From the NCBI GenBank assembly GCA_951406725.2, contig OX597843.1, positions 7,502,001 through 7,566,000 of the forward strand: a stretch of 64,000 nt of DNA, written 5' to 3'. Position 1 is the stretch's first letter. Every line of letters starts with the position of its first letter. The notes under the pieces were generated by a model. It was not told the origin of the DNA and did no database searches. It worked only from the letters and a program-made list of their open reading frames with translations. The position numbers and the translations under genes are program-made. This DNA comes from Octopus vulgaris (lineage: Eukaryota). Of this stretch, positions 11,670 to 25,527 are shown one piece after another.

Positions 11670-14600
11670 ACTAATTGTAATTATGATATGGACTAATTAT
11701 AATTATAATGTGGACTAACTATAATTATAAGGTGGACTAACTATAATTATAAGGTGGACTAACTATAATTATAAGGTGGACTAACTATAATTATAAGGTG
11801 GACTAACTATAATTATAAGGTGGACTAATTATAATTATAATGTGGACAAACTATAATTATAAGGTGGACTAACTATAATTATAAGGTGGACTAATTATAA
11901 TTATAATGTGGACAAACTATAATTATAAGGTGGACTAACTATAATTATAAGGTGGACTAATTATAATTATAATGTGGACAAACTATAATTATAAGGTGGA
12001 CTAACTATAATTATAAGGTGGACTAATTATAATTATAATGTGGACAAACTATAATTATAAGGTGGACTAACTATAATTATAAGGTGGACTAATTATAATT
12101 ATAATGTGGACAAACTATAATTATAAGGTGGACTAACTATAATTATAAGGTGGACTAATTATAATTATAATGTGGACAAACTATAATTATAAGGTGGACT
12201 AACTATAATTATAAGGTGGACTAATTATAATTATAATATGGACTAATTATAATTATAATGTGGACAAACTATAATTATAAGGTGGACTAACTATAATTAT
12301 AATGTGGACAAACTATAATTATAAGGTGGACTAATTATAATTATAATATGGACTAATTATAATTATAATGTGGACAAACTATAATTATAAGGTGGACTAA
12401 CTATAATTATAATGTGGACAAACTATAATTATAAGGTGGACTAACTATAATTATAAGGTGGACTAATTATAATTATAATGTGGACAAACTATAATTATAA
12501 GGTGGACTAACTATAATTATAAGGTGGACTAACTATAATTATAATGTGGACAAACTATAATTATAAGGTGGACTAACTATAATTATAAGGTGGACTAACT
12601 ATAATTATAAGGTGGACTAATTATAATTATAATGTGGACAAACTATAATTATAAGGTGGACAAACTATAATTATAAGGTGGACTAACTATAATTATAAGG
12701 TGGACTAACTATAATTATAATGTGGACAAACTATAATTATAAGGTGGACTAACTATAATTATAAGGTGGACTAACTATAATTATAAGGTGGACTAATTAT
12801 AATTATAATGTGGACAAACTATAATTATAAGGTGGACAAACTATAATTATAAGGTGGACTAACTATAATTATAAGGTGGACTAACTATAATTATAAGGTG
12901 GACTAACTATAATTATAATGTGGACTAACTATAATTATAAGGTGGGGTAATTATAATTATAATGTGGACAAACTATAATTATAAGGTGGACTAACTATAA
13001 TTATAAGGTGGACTAATTATAATTATAATATGGACTAATTATAATTATAATGTGGACAAACTATAATTATAAGGTGGACTAACTATAATTATAAGGTGGA
13101 CTAATTATAATTATAATGTGGACTAACTATAATTATAAGGTGGACTAACTATAATTATAATGTGGACTAACTATAATTATAAGGTGGACTAACTATAATT
13201 ATAAGGTGGACTAATTATAATTATAATGTGGACTAACTATAATTATAAGGTGGACTAACTATAATTATAAGGTGGACTAATTATAATTATAATGTGGACA
13301 AACTATAATTATAAGGTGGACTAACTATAATTATAATGTGGACTAACTATAATTATAAGGTGGACTAACTATAATTATAAGGTGGACTAACTATAATTAT
13401 AAGGTGGACTAATTATAATTATAATGTGGACAAACTATAATTATAAGGTGGACTAACTATAATTATAAGGTGGACTAACTATAATTATAAGGTGGACTAA
13501 TTATAATTATAATGTGGACAAACTATAATTATAAGGTGGACTAACTATAATTATAAGGTGGACTAATTATAATTATAATGTGGACAAACTATAATTATAA
13601 GGTGGACTAACTATAATTATAAGGTGGACTAATTATAATTATAATGTGGACAAACTATAATTATAAGGTGGACTAACTATAATTATAAGGTGGACTAATT
13701 ATAATGTGGACAAACTATAATTATAATGTGGACTAACTATAATTATAAGGTGGACTAATTATAATTATAATATGGACTAATTATAATTATAATGTGGACA
13801 AACTATAATTATAAGGTGGACTAACTATAATTATAAGGTGGACTAATTATAATTATAATGTGGACAAACTATAATTATAAGGTGGACTAACTATAATTAT
13901 AAGGTGGACTAATTATAATTATAATATGGACTAATTATAATTATAATGTGGACAAACTATAATTATAAGGTGGACTAACTATAATTATAAGGTGGACTAA
14001 CTATAATTATAAGGTGGACTAATTATAATTATAATGTGGACAAACTATAATTATAAGGTGGACAAACTATAATTATAAGGTGGACTAACTATAATTATAA
14101 GGTGGACTAATTATAATTATAATGTGGACAAACTATAATTATAAGGTGGACTAACTATAATTATAAGGTGGACTAATTATAATTATAATATGGACTAATT
14201 ATAATTATAATGTGGACAAACTATAATTATAAGGTGGACTAACTATAATTATAAGGTGGACTAATTATAATTATAATATGGACTAACTATAATTATAATG
14301 TGGACTAAGTATATTTATAAGGTGGACTAACTATAATTATAAGGTGGACTAACTATAATTATAATGTGGACTAAGTATATTTATAATGTGGACTAACTAT
14401 AATTATAATGTGGACTAAGTATATTTATAAGGTGGACTAACTATAATTATAATGTGGACTAACTATAATTATAATGTGGACTAAGTATATTTATAATGTG
14501 GACTAACTATAATTATAATGTGGACTAAGTATTTTTATAAGGTGGACTAACTATAATTATAATGTGGACTAACTATAATTATAATGTGGACTAAGTATAT

Positions 14601-15503
14601 TTATAAGGTGGACTAACTATAATTATAATGTGGACTAACTATAATTATAATGTGGACTAAGTATATTTATAAGGTGGACTAACTATAATTATAATGTGGA
14701 CTAAGTATATTTATAAGGTGGACAAACTATAATTATAAGGTGGACTAACTATAATTATAAGGTGGACTAATTATAATTATAATGTGGACTAACTATAATT
14801 ATAATGTGGACTAACTATAATTATAAGGTGGACTAACTATAATTATAATGTGGACTAAGTATATTTATAAGGTGGACTAACTATAATTATAATGTGGACT
14901 AATTATAATTATAATGTGGACTAAGTATATTTATAAGGTGGACTAACTATAATTATAAGGTGGACTAACTATAATTATAAGGTGGACTAACTATAATTAT
15001 AAGGTGGACTAACTATAATTATAAGGTGGACTAACTATAATTATAAGGTGGACTAATTATAATTATAATGTGGACTAACTATAATTATAATGTGGACTAA
15101 CTATAATTATAAGGTGGACTAACTATAATTATAATGTGGACTAATTATAATTATAAGGTGGACTAACTATAATTATAATGTGGACTAACTATAATTATAA
15201 GGTGGACTAACTATAATTATAATGTGGACTAACTATAATTATAAGGTGGACTAACTATAATTATAATGTGGACTAACTATAATTATAAGGTGGACTAACT
15301 ATAATTATAATGTGGACTAATTATAATTATAATGTGGACTAACTATAATTATAATGTGGACTAACTATAATTATAAGGTGGACTAACTATAATTATAATG
15401 TGGACTAATTATAATTATAATGTGGACTAACTATAATTATAATGTGGACTAATTGTAATTATAAGGTGGACTAACTATATTTATAAGGTGGACTAACTAT
15501 ATA
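11670..15503. repeat. 22-bp minisatellite, about 175 copies
   Basis: Unit (G/T)GTGGAC(T/A)AA(C/T)TATAATTATAA. Confidence 0.98.
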
Positions 15504-15704
15504 ATACAGTAACAGGACATGCTCTGTGAATAATCTTGAAATCATTCAGGCTCGTTAAGCACTCTAATTGCTGGACTAATTGCTCTGTTATCATCCAAGC
15601 ATAAATTCATAGTAGCTCACATTTATATGTTGTGTTCATTAAAAGATAAATATATGTGTGCGTATGTGTGTGTAATATGTGTATGTGTGTATGTAATATA
15701 GTGA

Positions 15705-16255
15705 AGGCGCATGGCTCAGTGGTTAGTGCATCAAGCTTACGGTTGTAAGGTTGTGAGCTCGAATCCCGGACGGGGCTGCATGTTGTGTTCTTGAGCAAGA
15801 CTCTTCATTTCACGTTGCTCCTGTTCACTCAGCTGTAGAAATGAGTTGCGATGTCACTGGTGCCAAGGTGTATTGGCCCCTTTGCCTTTCCCTTGGATAC
15901 CATCGGTGGCGCGGAGAGGAGGAACCTTGCCTGGACTTGTAAATTTCTAGATGCAATCCCATGGTCAGTCATGACCGAAGGGGAGGCACATGGCTCAGTG
16001 GTTAATGCATTGAGCTTACGATTGTGAGGTTGTGAGCTCGAATCCCGGACGGGGCTGCGTGTTGTGTTCTTGAGCAAGACACTTCATTTCACGTTGCTCC
16101 AGTTCACTCAGCTGTAGAAATGAGTTGCGACGTCACAAGTGCCAAGCTGTATCGGCCCCTTTGCCTTTCCCTTGGATAACACTGGTGGCATGGAGAGAGG
16201 AGGCCGGTATGCATGGGCGACTGCTGGTCTTCCATAAAACAACCTTGCCCAGACT
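15705..16255 (+). mobile_element. Two tandem tRNA-derived SINEs (family B; related copies 21510-21830 -, 30240-30490 +)
   Basis: GGCGCATGGCTCAGTGGTTA A-box and GAGCTCGAATCC B-box, shared TTGAGCAAGACACTTCATTTCACGTTGCTCC core. Confidence 0.8.
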
Positions 16256-16327
16256 TTTAGCGCTCCACTGGCACGGGTGCCAGTCATTGAATTTGGTTCA
16301 ATTTCATGGAATGTATGTAACAAGTGG

Positions 16328-16618
16328 AGGTGCAATGGCCCAGTGGTTAGGGCAGCAGACTCGTGGTCTTAGGATGGCGGTTTCAATTCCCAGACCGGGC
16401 GTTATGAGTATTTATTGAACAAAAACACTTAAAGCTCCACGAGGCTCTGCCAGGGAGTGGTGGCGATCTCTGCTGCACTCTTTCGCCACAACTTTCATTC
16501 TTTCTTCTGTTGGCCTGCTCGCTCAGCCAGCGGGGTGGTCTCATTTGAAGGCTAAAACAATGCGAAGCGCATTGTGACCAGCGCTGTGTAACAACATCTG
16601 ATAGCCTGGTCGGTCACG

Positions 16619-16623
<5 letters not shown>
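16328..16623 (+). mobile_element. tRNA-derived SINE (family C; also 24498-24880 and the split copy 52500-52555 + 54035-54240)
   Basis: TGGCCCAGTGGTTAGGGCAG A-box, GGTTTC(G/A)ATTCC B-box, shared body. Confidence 0.8.
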
Positions 16624-16669
<46 letters not shown>

Positions 16670-16785
16670 TCAAAAATAAGCAACAAGAATGAATCCGGTA
16701 ATTTAGTACAATTGTTTCATACTACAACATTTTATTAAAATTATTGATTTGAAAACTGTTATATTATTGGAAAACCTATATGAAA

Positions 16786-16871
16786 TTAGGTGAAGATTAC
16801 TCAGCATCTTAAATCTGCTGTAATATTTACAGCTTTTAATAAAATGTTGTAGTATGAAACAATTGTACTAA
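16786..16871 (+). ncRNA. Degenerate minimal hammerhead in hairpin element 16670-17005
   Basis: TTAG-GTGAAGA-T-TACT...AGTA-T-GAAA-C-AATT-G-TA-CTAA. First core C mutated to G. Confidence 0.5.
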
Positions 16872-17061
16872 ATTACCGGATTCATTCTTGTTGCTTATTT
16901 TTGATCATAATCACCCCGCATATTTTTATGGGTAACACCATACAAAATTCTGGTGCATCTAAATTAAGTACCATATTCATTGGAATCTAAATTGTTTGCT
17001 GATCTTATATATATATATGAATAAAAAATGGAGTTAACGCAGGTTTAAACAAGTATTTTTA

Positions 17062-17145
17062 CTTTCGACACATGTTTCGAAAATTCCACTGATACTATTC
17101 AAAAGAATATATGGTATAAACAATGCAATCTTCTCTTCGGGAAAG
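17062..17145 (-). ncRNA. Minimal hammerhead, degenerate core (same family as 39829-39911)
   Basis: Minus strand CTTTC-CCGAAGA-GAAGA...TTTTC-GAAA-C-ATGT-GTC-GAAAG. Confidence 0.6.
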
Positions 17146-17433
17146 TGAAAAAAACGAAACTCGTCAATACGACATTTTAGCAAATGTAACAAGGAGTTAC
17201 AACAGCTTTACTTGTGAGATTTTTGCTGCCCTGGTAACTATTTATTTATTTTTCCGTGTTAATTGTTAACAAGGTAAAAATACACTCATCAATTTATATA
17301 TGGGCATCCAGCTGTAGAAACACTGCCAGATCTGACTGGCCTGGTGCAGCCTTCGGGCTTGCCAGACCCCAGTTGAACCATCCAACCCATGCTAGCATGG
17401 AAAGCGGACGTTAAACGATGATGATGATGATGA

Positions 17434-17475
<42 letters not shown>

Positions 17476-17751
17476 CCCTGCTCGCTTAGCCAGCAGGGTG
17501 GCGTCGTTTGATGGCTAAAACAATGCAAAGCGCATTGTGACCAGCGATGTGTAGCAACATCTGATAGCCTGGTCGGTCACGGTGATCACGGTATAAAATA
17601 AGGATGAACTAAAAGTGTGTAAAGAAGCATCGGATGTTTAGGAGAAGCTTATAAAAATGCTTTGAGGAGGTAAAGGATTGAAATGATGTGATAATGTTGT
17701 TTTTATTGCTGATAATGTTGCTGATGTTGATGTTGGTGTTGTATTTTGCAG

Positions 17752-17832
17752 GCTTAAATCTCAACATGTATCTTTCGCACATCCTTGAAGATAATTACCC
17801 GGAAATGATGAAGCGGCTATTTCTAATTAATG
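17752..17832 (+). CDS. SEC14L2/RALBP-like exon 4 (GLNLNMYLSHILEDNYPEMMKRLFLIN)
   Basis: TTTTGCAG acceptor, GTAAGT donor, 81 bp, phase 1/1. Canonical EDNYPE motif. Confidence 0.96.
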
Positions 17833-18194
17833 GTAAGTCATTTCGTCGCTTTGTTGTGGCTGTCATTGGGGATGGTCATGCTTTGTTGTCTGCCCATCTA
17901 TCTCTCTCCTTCTGTGTGTGTGTGTGTGTGTATATATACTCTTTTATTGTCAAACTTGTCAAGGGAGGAAAGAGAGAGAGACGGAGGAAGACAGGCAGAT
18001 AAGAGAATGAGAGAAGACTTGACAAAGTGGGGGCTTTTTGCCCTAGTAACCACACCTTTTAAGATAGGGATTTCTAACCTAGCCCACTCACATCCTCACC
18101 TCATTTTACATGTCCCTGTAAATTTTGGAGTCAATCTGACGGGATCTTGTGCCCTTTAACCCGTTCCAATGCCCAAACCAGACAAACAAACAAA

Positions 18195-19218
18195 CCATGA
18201 TTATAATGTGAACTAATTATAATTATGTGGACTAATTAATGATTAATTTATGACTAATGTTATTGATGACTAATTAGAATTATGATGTGGACTAATTATA
18301 ATTATAATCTGGACTAACCATGATTATAATGTGGACTAATTATAATTATGTGGACTAATTATAATTATAATATGTACTAACTATAATTATAAGGTGGACT
18401 AACTATAATTATAATATGTACTAATTATAATTATAATGTGGACTAACTATAATTATAATATGTACTAATTATAATTATAATATGTACTAATTATAATTAT
18501 AATGTGGACTAACTATAATTATAAGGTGGACTAACTATAATTATAAGGTGGACTAATTGTAATTATAATATGGACTAATTGTAATTATAATGTGGACTAA
18601 TTAAAACTATAATTATAATGTGGACTAACTATAATTATAAGGTGGACTAACTATAATTATAATGTGGACTAACTATAATTATAAGGTGGACTAACTATAA
18701 TTATAAGGTGGACTAACTATAATTATAAGGTGGACTAACTATAATTATAAGGTGGACTAACTATAATTATAAGGTGGACTAACTATAATTATAATATGGA
18801 CTAATTGTAATTATAATATGGACTAATTGTAATTATAATGTGGACTAATTAAAACTATAATTATAATGTGGACTAACTATAATTATGTGGACTAATTAAA
18901 ATTATAATTATAATGTGGACTAATAATGATTATTATGTGGACTAATTAAAACTATAATTATAATGTGGACTAACTATAATTATGTGGACTAATTAAAATT
19001 ATAATTATAATGTGGACTAATAATGATTATTATGTGGACTAATTAAAACTATAATTATAATGTGGACTAACTATAATTATGTGGACTAATTAAAATTATA
19101 ATTATAATGTGGACTAATAATGATTATTATGTGGACTAATTAAAACTATAATTATAATGTGGACTAACTATAATTATAATGTGGACTAATTATAATTATT
19201 ATGCGGACTAATTATAAT
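18195..19218. repeat. Second, more degenerate array of the 22-bp minisatellite
   Basis: Same GTGGACTAACTATAATTATAA unit, with indel variants. Confidence 0.95.
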
Positions 19219-19461
19219 TTGACATGCAAGAATAGAAAAGTAGATGTTAAACTAATCACAATGATGTTGACATTACATTTCCCAGCTCAGTAAATCAAAG
19301 TACCAGTCATACATGTGGGCTTGATATCATAGACATTATCCCCTGCCCCACCCCTAGTTTGTGGGGTGGGGGTGGGGGGTGGGGGCAGGGTTATACTTTA
19401 TGTTCTTTACCAATGTTATTTTATCTGACCACCACTCCTCGTTCTGCCCTTTCCATTTCAG

Positions 19462-19545
19462 CACCAAAGTTGTTACCCATGATATACAAACTGGCCAAAC
19501 CATTACTCAGTGAAAATATGAAGCAGAAAATATTCGTCTTGGGAA
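19462..19545 (+). CDS. SEC14L2/RALBP-like exon 5 (APKLLPMIYKLAKPLLSENMKQKIFVLG)
   Basis: TTTCAG acceptor, GTAAGT donor, 84 bp, phase 1/1. AP..F..KP.LS..KI.VLG motif. Confidence 0.96.
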
Positions 19546-19617
19546 GTAAGTCAGCTCCTTACCTTTCTTTCTTCCTTACCTTCCTTTTCTACATCACCTT
19601 TGTCCATCTTTCACATG

Positions 19618-19669
<52 letters not shown>

Positions 19670-20140
19670 CTCTTTTACTCTTTTACTTGTTTCAGTCATT
19701 TGACTGCGGCCATGCTGGAGCACCGCCTTTTAGTCGAGCAACTCGAGCCCGGGACTTATTCTTTTGTAAGCCCAGTACTTATTCTATCGGTCTCTTTTGC
19801 CAAACCGCTAAGTAATGGGGGACATAAACACACCAGCATCGGTTGTCAAGCAATGCTAGGGGGACAAACACAGACACACAAACACACACACACACATATA
19901 CTCTTACTCTTTTACTCTTTTACTTGTTTCAGTCATTTGACTGCGGCCATGCTGGAGCACCGCCTTTTAGTCGAGCAACTCGACCCCGGGACTTATTCTT
20001 TTGTAAGCCCAGTACTTATTCCATCGGTCTCTTTTGCCGAACTGCTAAGTAATGGGGGACATAAACACACCAGCATCGGTTGTCAAGCAATGCTAGGGGG
20101 GACAAACACAGACATACAAACACACACATGCATATATATA

Positions 20141-20900
20141 TCATCATCATCATTGTTCGACCGTGGTCGAGACAATGGAATTTACCATGATACGCCAGAC
20201 TTCACGGTCCATCATGGCATTACGGAGGTCCTGTTGCTGGATGCCTGTATCCCTGGAGATTACATCAGGGTAGGAGAGTGTGCGCCCTCTGGTATTGCGA
20301 GTAGATGGCTTCCAGAGGAGAAGAGTAGAAATTACCTCTTTTTCAGCTCTACAACAATGTCCAGCAAACTGGACTCTCCTACCTTCACAAGAGATGACAC
20401 AGGTGGTAGTTTCCCATATATTTGCATTTTGGTTGGATGGCGCTTCCACGAGAGATTTTGAGCTCTCATAAGGAGGCGAGTGTAGGTTCCATCCAACTGC
20501 CTCTCGAAGAGTGTGCGCCCTCTGGTATTGCGAGTAGATGGCTTCCAGGGGAGAAGAGTAGAAATTACCTCTTTTTCAGCTCTACAACAATGTCCAGCAA
20601 ACTGGACTCTTCTACCTTTCACAAGAGATGACACAGGTGGTAGTTTCCCATATATTTGCATTTTGGTTGGATGGCGCTTCCACGAGAGATTTTGAGCTCT
20701 CATAAGGAGGCGAGTGTAGGTTCCATCCAACTGCCTCTCGAAGAGTGTGCGCCCTCTGGTATTGCGAGTAGATGGCTTCCAGGGGAGAAGAGTAGAAATT
20801 ACCTCATTTTCAGCTCTACAACAATGTCCAGCAAACTGGACTCTCCTACCTTTCACAAGAGATGACACAGGTGGTAGTTTCCCATATATTTGCATTTTGG
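20141..20900 (-). mobile_element. 3' end of an RTE-type LINE ORF2 with an internal 234-bp tandem amplification
   Basis: Peptide R.QFAGHC.R...LLW.P....RGR...DREVWR typical of RTE-like C-termini, (ATG)n tail at 20141-20153, about 2.7 copies of a 234-bp unit. Confidence 0.8.
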
Positions 20901-21893
20901 CTGTAATGTAAGAGGCTGTAATGACATGCATATATACATATACATATATACGACAGGCTTCTTTCAGTTTCCGTCTACCAAATCGACTCACAAGGCTTTG
21001 GTCGGTCCGGGGCTATAGTAGAAGACACTTGCCCGAGGTGCCACACAGTGGGACTGAACCCGGAACCATGTGGTTGGTTAGCAAGCTACTTACCACACAG
21101 CCACTCCTGCGCCTATATATATATATACATATATACGACAGGCTTCTTTCAGTTTCCGTCTACCAAATCCACTCACAAGGCTTTGGTCAGCCAGAGACTA
21201 TAGTAGAAGACACTTGCCCGAGGTGCCACACAGTGGGACTGAACCCGGAACCATGTGGTTGGTTAGCAAGCTACTTACCACACAGCCACTCCTGCGCCTA
21301 TATATATATATATATATATACGACAGGCTTCTTTCAGTTTCCGTCTACCAAATCCACTCACAAGGCTTTGGTCAGCCAGAGACTATAGTAGAAGACACTG
21401 GCCCGAGGTTCCACACAGTGGGACTGAACCCGGAACCATGTGGTTGGTTAGCAAGCTACTTACCACACAGCCACTCCTGCGCCTATATATTTCATTATTA
21501 TTATTATTTCAAGACTCCGCCGGTTACAACGACGAGGGTCCCAGCTGATCCGATCAACGGAACAGCTTGCTCGTGAAATTGACGTGCAAATGGCTGAGTA
21601 TTCCACAGACACGTGTACCCTTAACGTAGTTCTCGGGGATAATCAGCGTGACACAGAGAGTGACAAGGCTGACCCTTTGAAATACAAGTACAACTCATTT
21701 TTGCCAGCTGAGTGGACTGGAGCAACGTGAAATAAAGTGTCTTGCTCAAGGACACAACGCGTCGCCGGGAATCGAACTCACAACCTTACGATCATGAGCC
21801 GAATGCCCTAACCACTAAGCCACACGCCCTCACTATTATTATTATTATATATTGCTAATGTTTATTTTCTCTGTCTTTTTTTTTTCTTTTTAG

Positions 21894-22000
21894 GCGATTA
21901 CAAAGAAACGTTACTGAAATACATTGATGCGGAGGAGTTACCTGCCTACGTAGGTGGAACAAAAACAGATGCAGATGGAAACCCCTATTGTCATAGCTTG
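21894..22000 (+). CDS. SEC14L2/RALBP-like exon 6 ([36 protein letters not shown])
   Basis: Long T-tract + TAG acceptor, GTACGA donor, 107 bp, phase 1/0. LP.Y.GGT..D.DGNP.C motif. Confidence 0.96.
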
Positions 22001-22216
22001 GTACGACACCCACTTTCTCTCTTGATTATTCTGAACTTCCTTATGGTTGTTCATCAAGTTCCATGGTGACCAACTTATGACCACCACACCTAATCTGTTA
22101 TCAGAAACCCCTATTGTCACAACTTGGTACGACCTTACTTTCTCTCACAATTAATCCAAATTCTTAAGGTTGTCCATAGCAACTATTTAGTAGAAAATAT
22201 GCAAAAATCATGATTT

Positions 22217-22280
<64 letters not shown>

Positions 22281-22283
<3 letters not shown>

Positions 22284-22613
22284 AAAAGTGAAAAAACTAC
22301 AGAAAGCTTGTTTTAAAAGGTTAAAAAATATATATTTGAGTCATTATGTCTGAAGAATGTTATAAATTTTTTCTTACAATGATATAGTTTAGAAGAAATG
22401 ACCGGTTTCGCGTTCAGCTTTTCAAATTTCTTACATCGTTATGTTTACGATGTAAGAAATTTGAAAAGCTGAAACCGGTCATTTCTCCAAAAACTATGTC
22501 ATTGTACGAAAAAAATTTTTTTTTGATTTATAACATTCTTCAGACATAATGACTCAAATATATATTTTTTAACCTTTTAAAACAAGCCTTCTGTAGTTTT
22601 TTCACTTTTTACT
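22281..22613. mobile_element. Hairpin element in (TA)n with degenerate hammerhead (22394-22431, minus)
   Basis: About 155-bp inverted arms centred near 22442. Minus strand AGAAAT-TTGAAAA-GC.....GC-GAAA-CCG-GTC-ATTTCT. Confidence 0.65.
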
Positions 22614-22659
22614 ATTTTCTATATATTCAACCACGTGCTTTCACACACCAACTTTCTCA

Positions 22660-22818
<159 letters not shown>

Positions 22819-22852
22819 ATATATATATATATATATGTATGTATATATATAT

Positions 22853-23086
22853 ACACAAAATTTAAAGGACTGACCACTAAAAGTGGACGGTCAACATGCT
22901 AGATATAGATGTCAAAATTGCTGTGTAAAATAGCGATTTTTGACGTCTATATCTAGCATGTTGACCGTTCACTTTTAGTGGTCAGTCCTTTAAATTTTGT
23001 ATGTAAAAATATTTTAATCTTCGGACTTTTTTAATATGCTGGGCCACTGGTTTTAATTGATTAATATCAATTTCTACCCTTATTAA

Positions 23087-23140
<54 letters not shown>

Positions 23141-23390
23141 GAGGGTACTATTATTCATAGGTACCACACGCTAGGAGGGACTTTTGCAGTCAAAACTACT
23201 AAAATAATTTTAGTAGTTTTGACTGCAAAAGTCCTCTCTAGCATGCGGTACCTATGAATAATAGTACCCTCTATATAATATAAATAAGTATTTTCAAAGT
23301 TGAAAAAATTTACAGATTTTTTCTCTTACGAGTTTTTTCACGCTAACTACTGATAATTTCTGATAAAGATTTTATCCTTATTTTTAAATA
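22853..23390. repeat. Two further short hairpin elements flanked by (TA)n (22853-23004; 23133-23280)
   Basis: About 70-bp inverted arms each. The second is a truncated member of the 29232-29850 family. Confidence 0.8.
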
Positions 23391-23439
23391 TATATACATA
23401 AAATAAGGATAAAAATCATGTTAATGCTAGTTATCAGGT

Positions 23440-23872
23440 AGTCAGCATGGAAGTGGAGGTCTTCCGGGTGGTCTTTTCCGCTCACAAGGGTACCACTCGA
23501 CAGCTGCGTGCGTCCACCAATTATCGGTGCATGTCTCAAACAGATCATCAGAGGCATCGACTGGCAAGGTGGTGTGAACATCAATGGCGAGCTCCTCACT
23601 CACCTCCGTTTCCCTGACGACATCGTACTCATCGCTGAAATATATATATATCGATAAAACGTACTTGGAAATGGATGTGTGGTATTTGATCATATAGTAA
23701 TAAAAATAATATATAAATGTATACAAATGTATACAAGGTGGTGTGAACATCAATGGCGAGCTCCTCACTCACCTCCGTTTCCCTGACGACATCGTACTCA
23801 TCGCTGAAATATATATATATCGATAAAACGTACTTGGAAATGGATGTGTGGTATTTGATCATATAGTAATAA
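23440..23872 (+). mobile_element. Small RTE-like reverse transcriptase fragment, tandemly duplicated
   Basis: Reads GVNINGELLTHLRFPDDIVLIAE (degenerate LRFADD motif). About 140 bp repeated at ~23565 and ~23733. Confidence 0.65.
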
Positions 23873-24464
23873 AAATCTCTCTCTATATAAACGGCAGTTT
23901 GTCTGTGCGTGTTTCTGTGTGTCTGTTTGCTTGTACCCTCATCCTGACCACGGCTTTCAACCGATTCTGATGAAACTTGACACACACATAGCCCAATGTC
24001 ATAATTCAAAACTAACGCAGCGAAAATTTTGAAAAGTTCCCCCAGTTCTGAAAAAAATCGATAAATTCGACATGGGGTCGAGAATCAGAAACACAAACCA
24101 AAAACTGTCTAGGGGACGCAACTCCACCTTTTTTTAACTCTCAAAAAAAAATTTACCATCATTTTTTTCCATTTTTTTGCTATTTTTTGGCTATAACTCC
24201 CTAAAAATGCTTTATAGTTATTTCCCTTACAAACCTGAGCAACGCCGGGCGATACTGCTAGTAATATATAAATGTATACAAATATATGTACAAACCTACA
24301 TATATATGTATTTATACATGCATATATGGGTACAGGACATCAAAAAAAAAAACATAGACAAAATGAGAAACAAGAACATAAAAAACAAAAACAGAAAATG
24401 AACTTTTTTTTGAACAACGAAAAAAACAAACTAAGAGTCAAGACAGGAAAACATAAAGAACATT

Positions 24465-24920
24465 CCCCTTCATCAGTTGTCCCCTGTTTTATCTGTGAAG
24501 GCACAATGGCCCAGTGGTTAGGGCAGCGGACTCGCGGTCGTAAGATCGCGGTTTCGATTCCCAGACCGGGCGTTGTGAGTGTTTATTGAGCGAAAACACC
24601 TAAAAGCTCCACGAGGCTCCGGCAGGGGACGGTGGTGATCCCTGCTGTACTCTGTCACCACAACTTTCTCTCTCATTCTTTCTTCCTGTTTCTATTGTAC
24701 CTGTATTTCAAAGGGCCAGCCTTGTCACACTCTGTGTCACGCTGAATCTCCTCGAGAACTACGTTAAGGGTACACGTGTCTGTGGAGTGCTCAGCCACTT
24801 ACACGTTAATTTCACGAGCAGGCTGTTCCGTTGATTTGGATCAACCGGAACCCTCATCGTTGTAACCGACGGAGTGCTCCTTTATGTACTCCGTGTTTCG
24901 AAGGTAGGGACAAGACGCGA
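24465..24920 (-). ncRNA. Rearranged hammerhead, split by a SINE insertion in its linker
   Basis: Minus strand TCGC-GTC-TTGTCCCT-A-CCTTC-GAAAC-ACGG-[SINE 24498-24880, TTTAT(C/G)T duplication]-AGGGGACAA-CTGATGA-AGGGG. Confidence 0.7.
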
Positions 24921-25245
24921 CTTCGTTAAAACAGTCCTTCCCACTAAGCAAAGTAAATAAAATTTGGGATTTTTTGCGGAGGGTTTAAGTGGTGACAAAA
25001 GCAGGACAGTGAGAGCAAAACAGTAAAAACAAACGGTGAGGGTTGTTAAGCCAAGATGAGGTGAAAAATTGTGAATGCTGGAAAAATGATCTTTGAGAAG
25101 AGACATCTCCTCCATACTGAATTAATGCCCAAACATTACGAAGCTACTGAAAAACTCCATAAATACATGCATTCGAATCTATGCTTGCAAGTGTTAAATC
25201 CAACAATTGTTTCAATTGCATTAACAATAACATACATACATATAT

Positions 25246-25307
<62 letters not shown>

Positions 25308-25527
25308 TAATAAATGAAATAAAGCATATGCATATATATAAACATATATGTACGTACCTACCTCTACATGTACATATACACGCATATATGAGTACAGGAC
25401 ACCAAAGGGACGTCGAACACAAAGAGAAACGAAAACATAGACGAAACGAAAACACAAACCAAAGGAACTGGACATTTTTTAAAAACAACAAAAAATGGAG
25501 TACAGGACAATTAACACAACGAAAAAA

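Noticed and set aside
15485-15512. Minisatellite end AAGGTGGACT...TATAATACAGTAA resembles the end of exon 7 (27380-27412)
   Set aside because: Two short AT-rich matches with different spacing and no wider homology, so probably chance.
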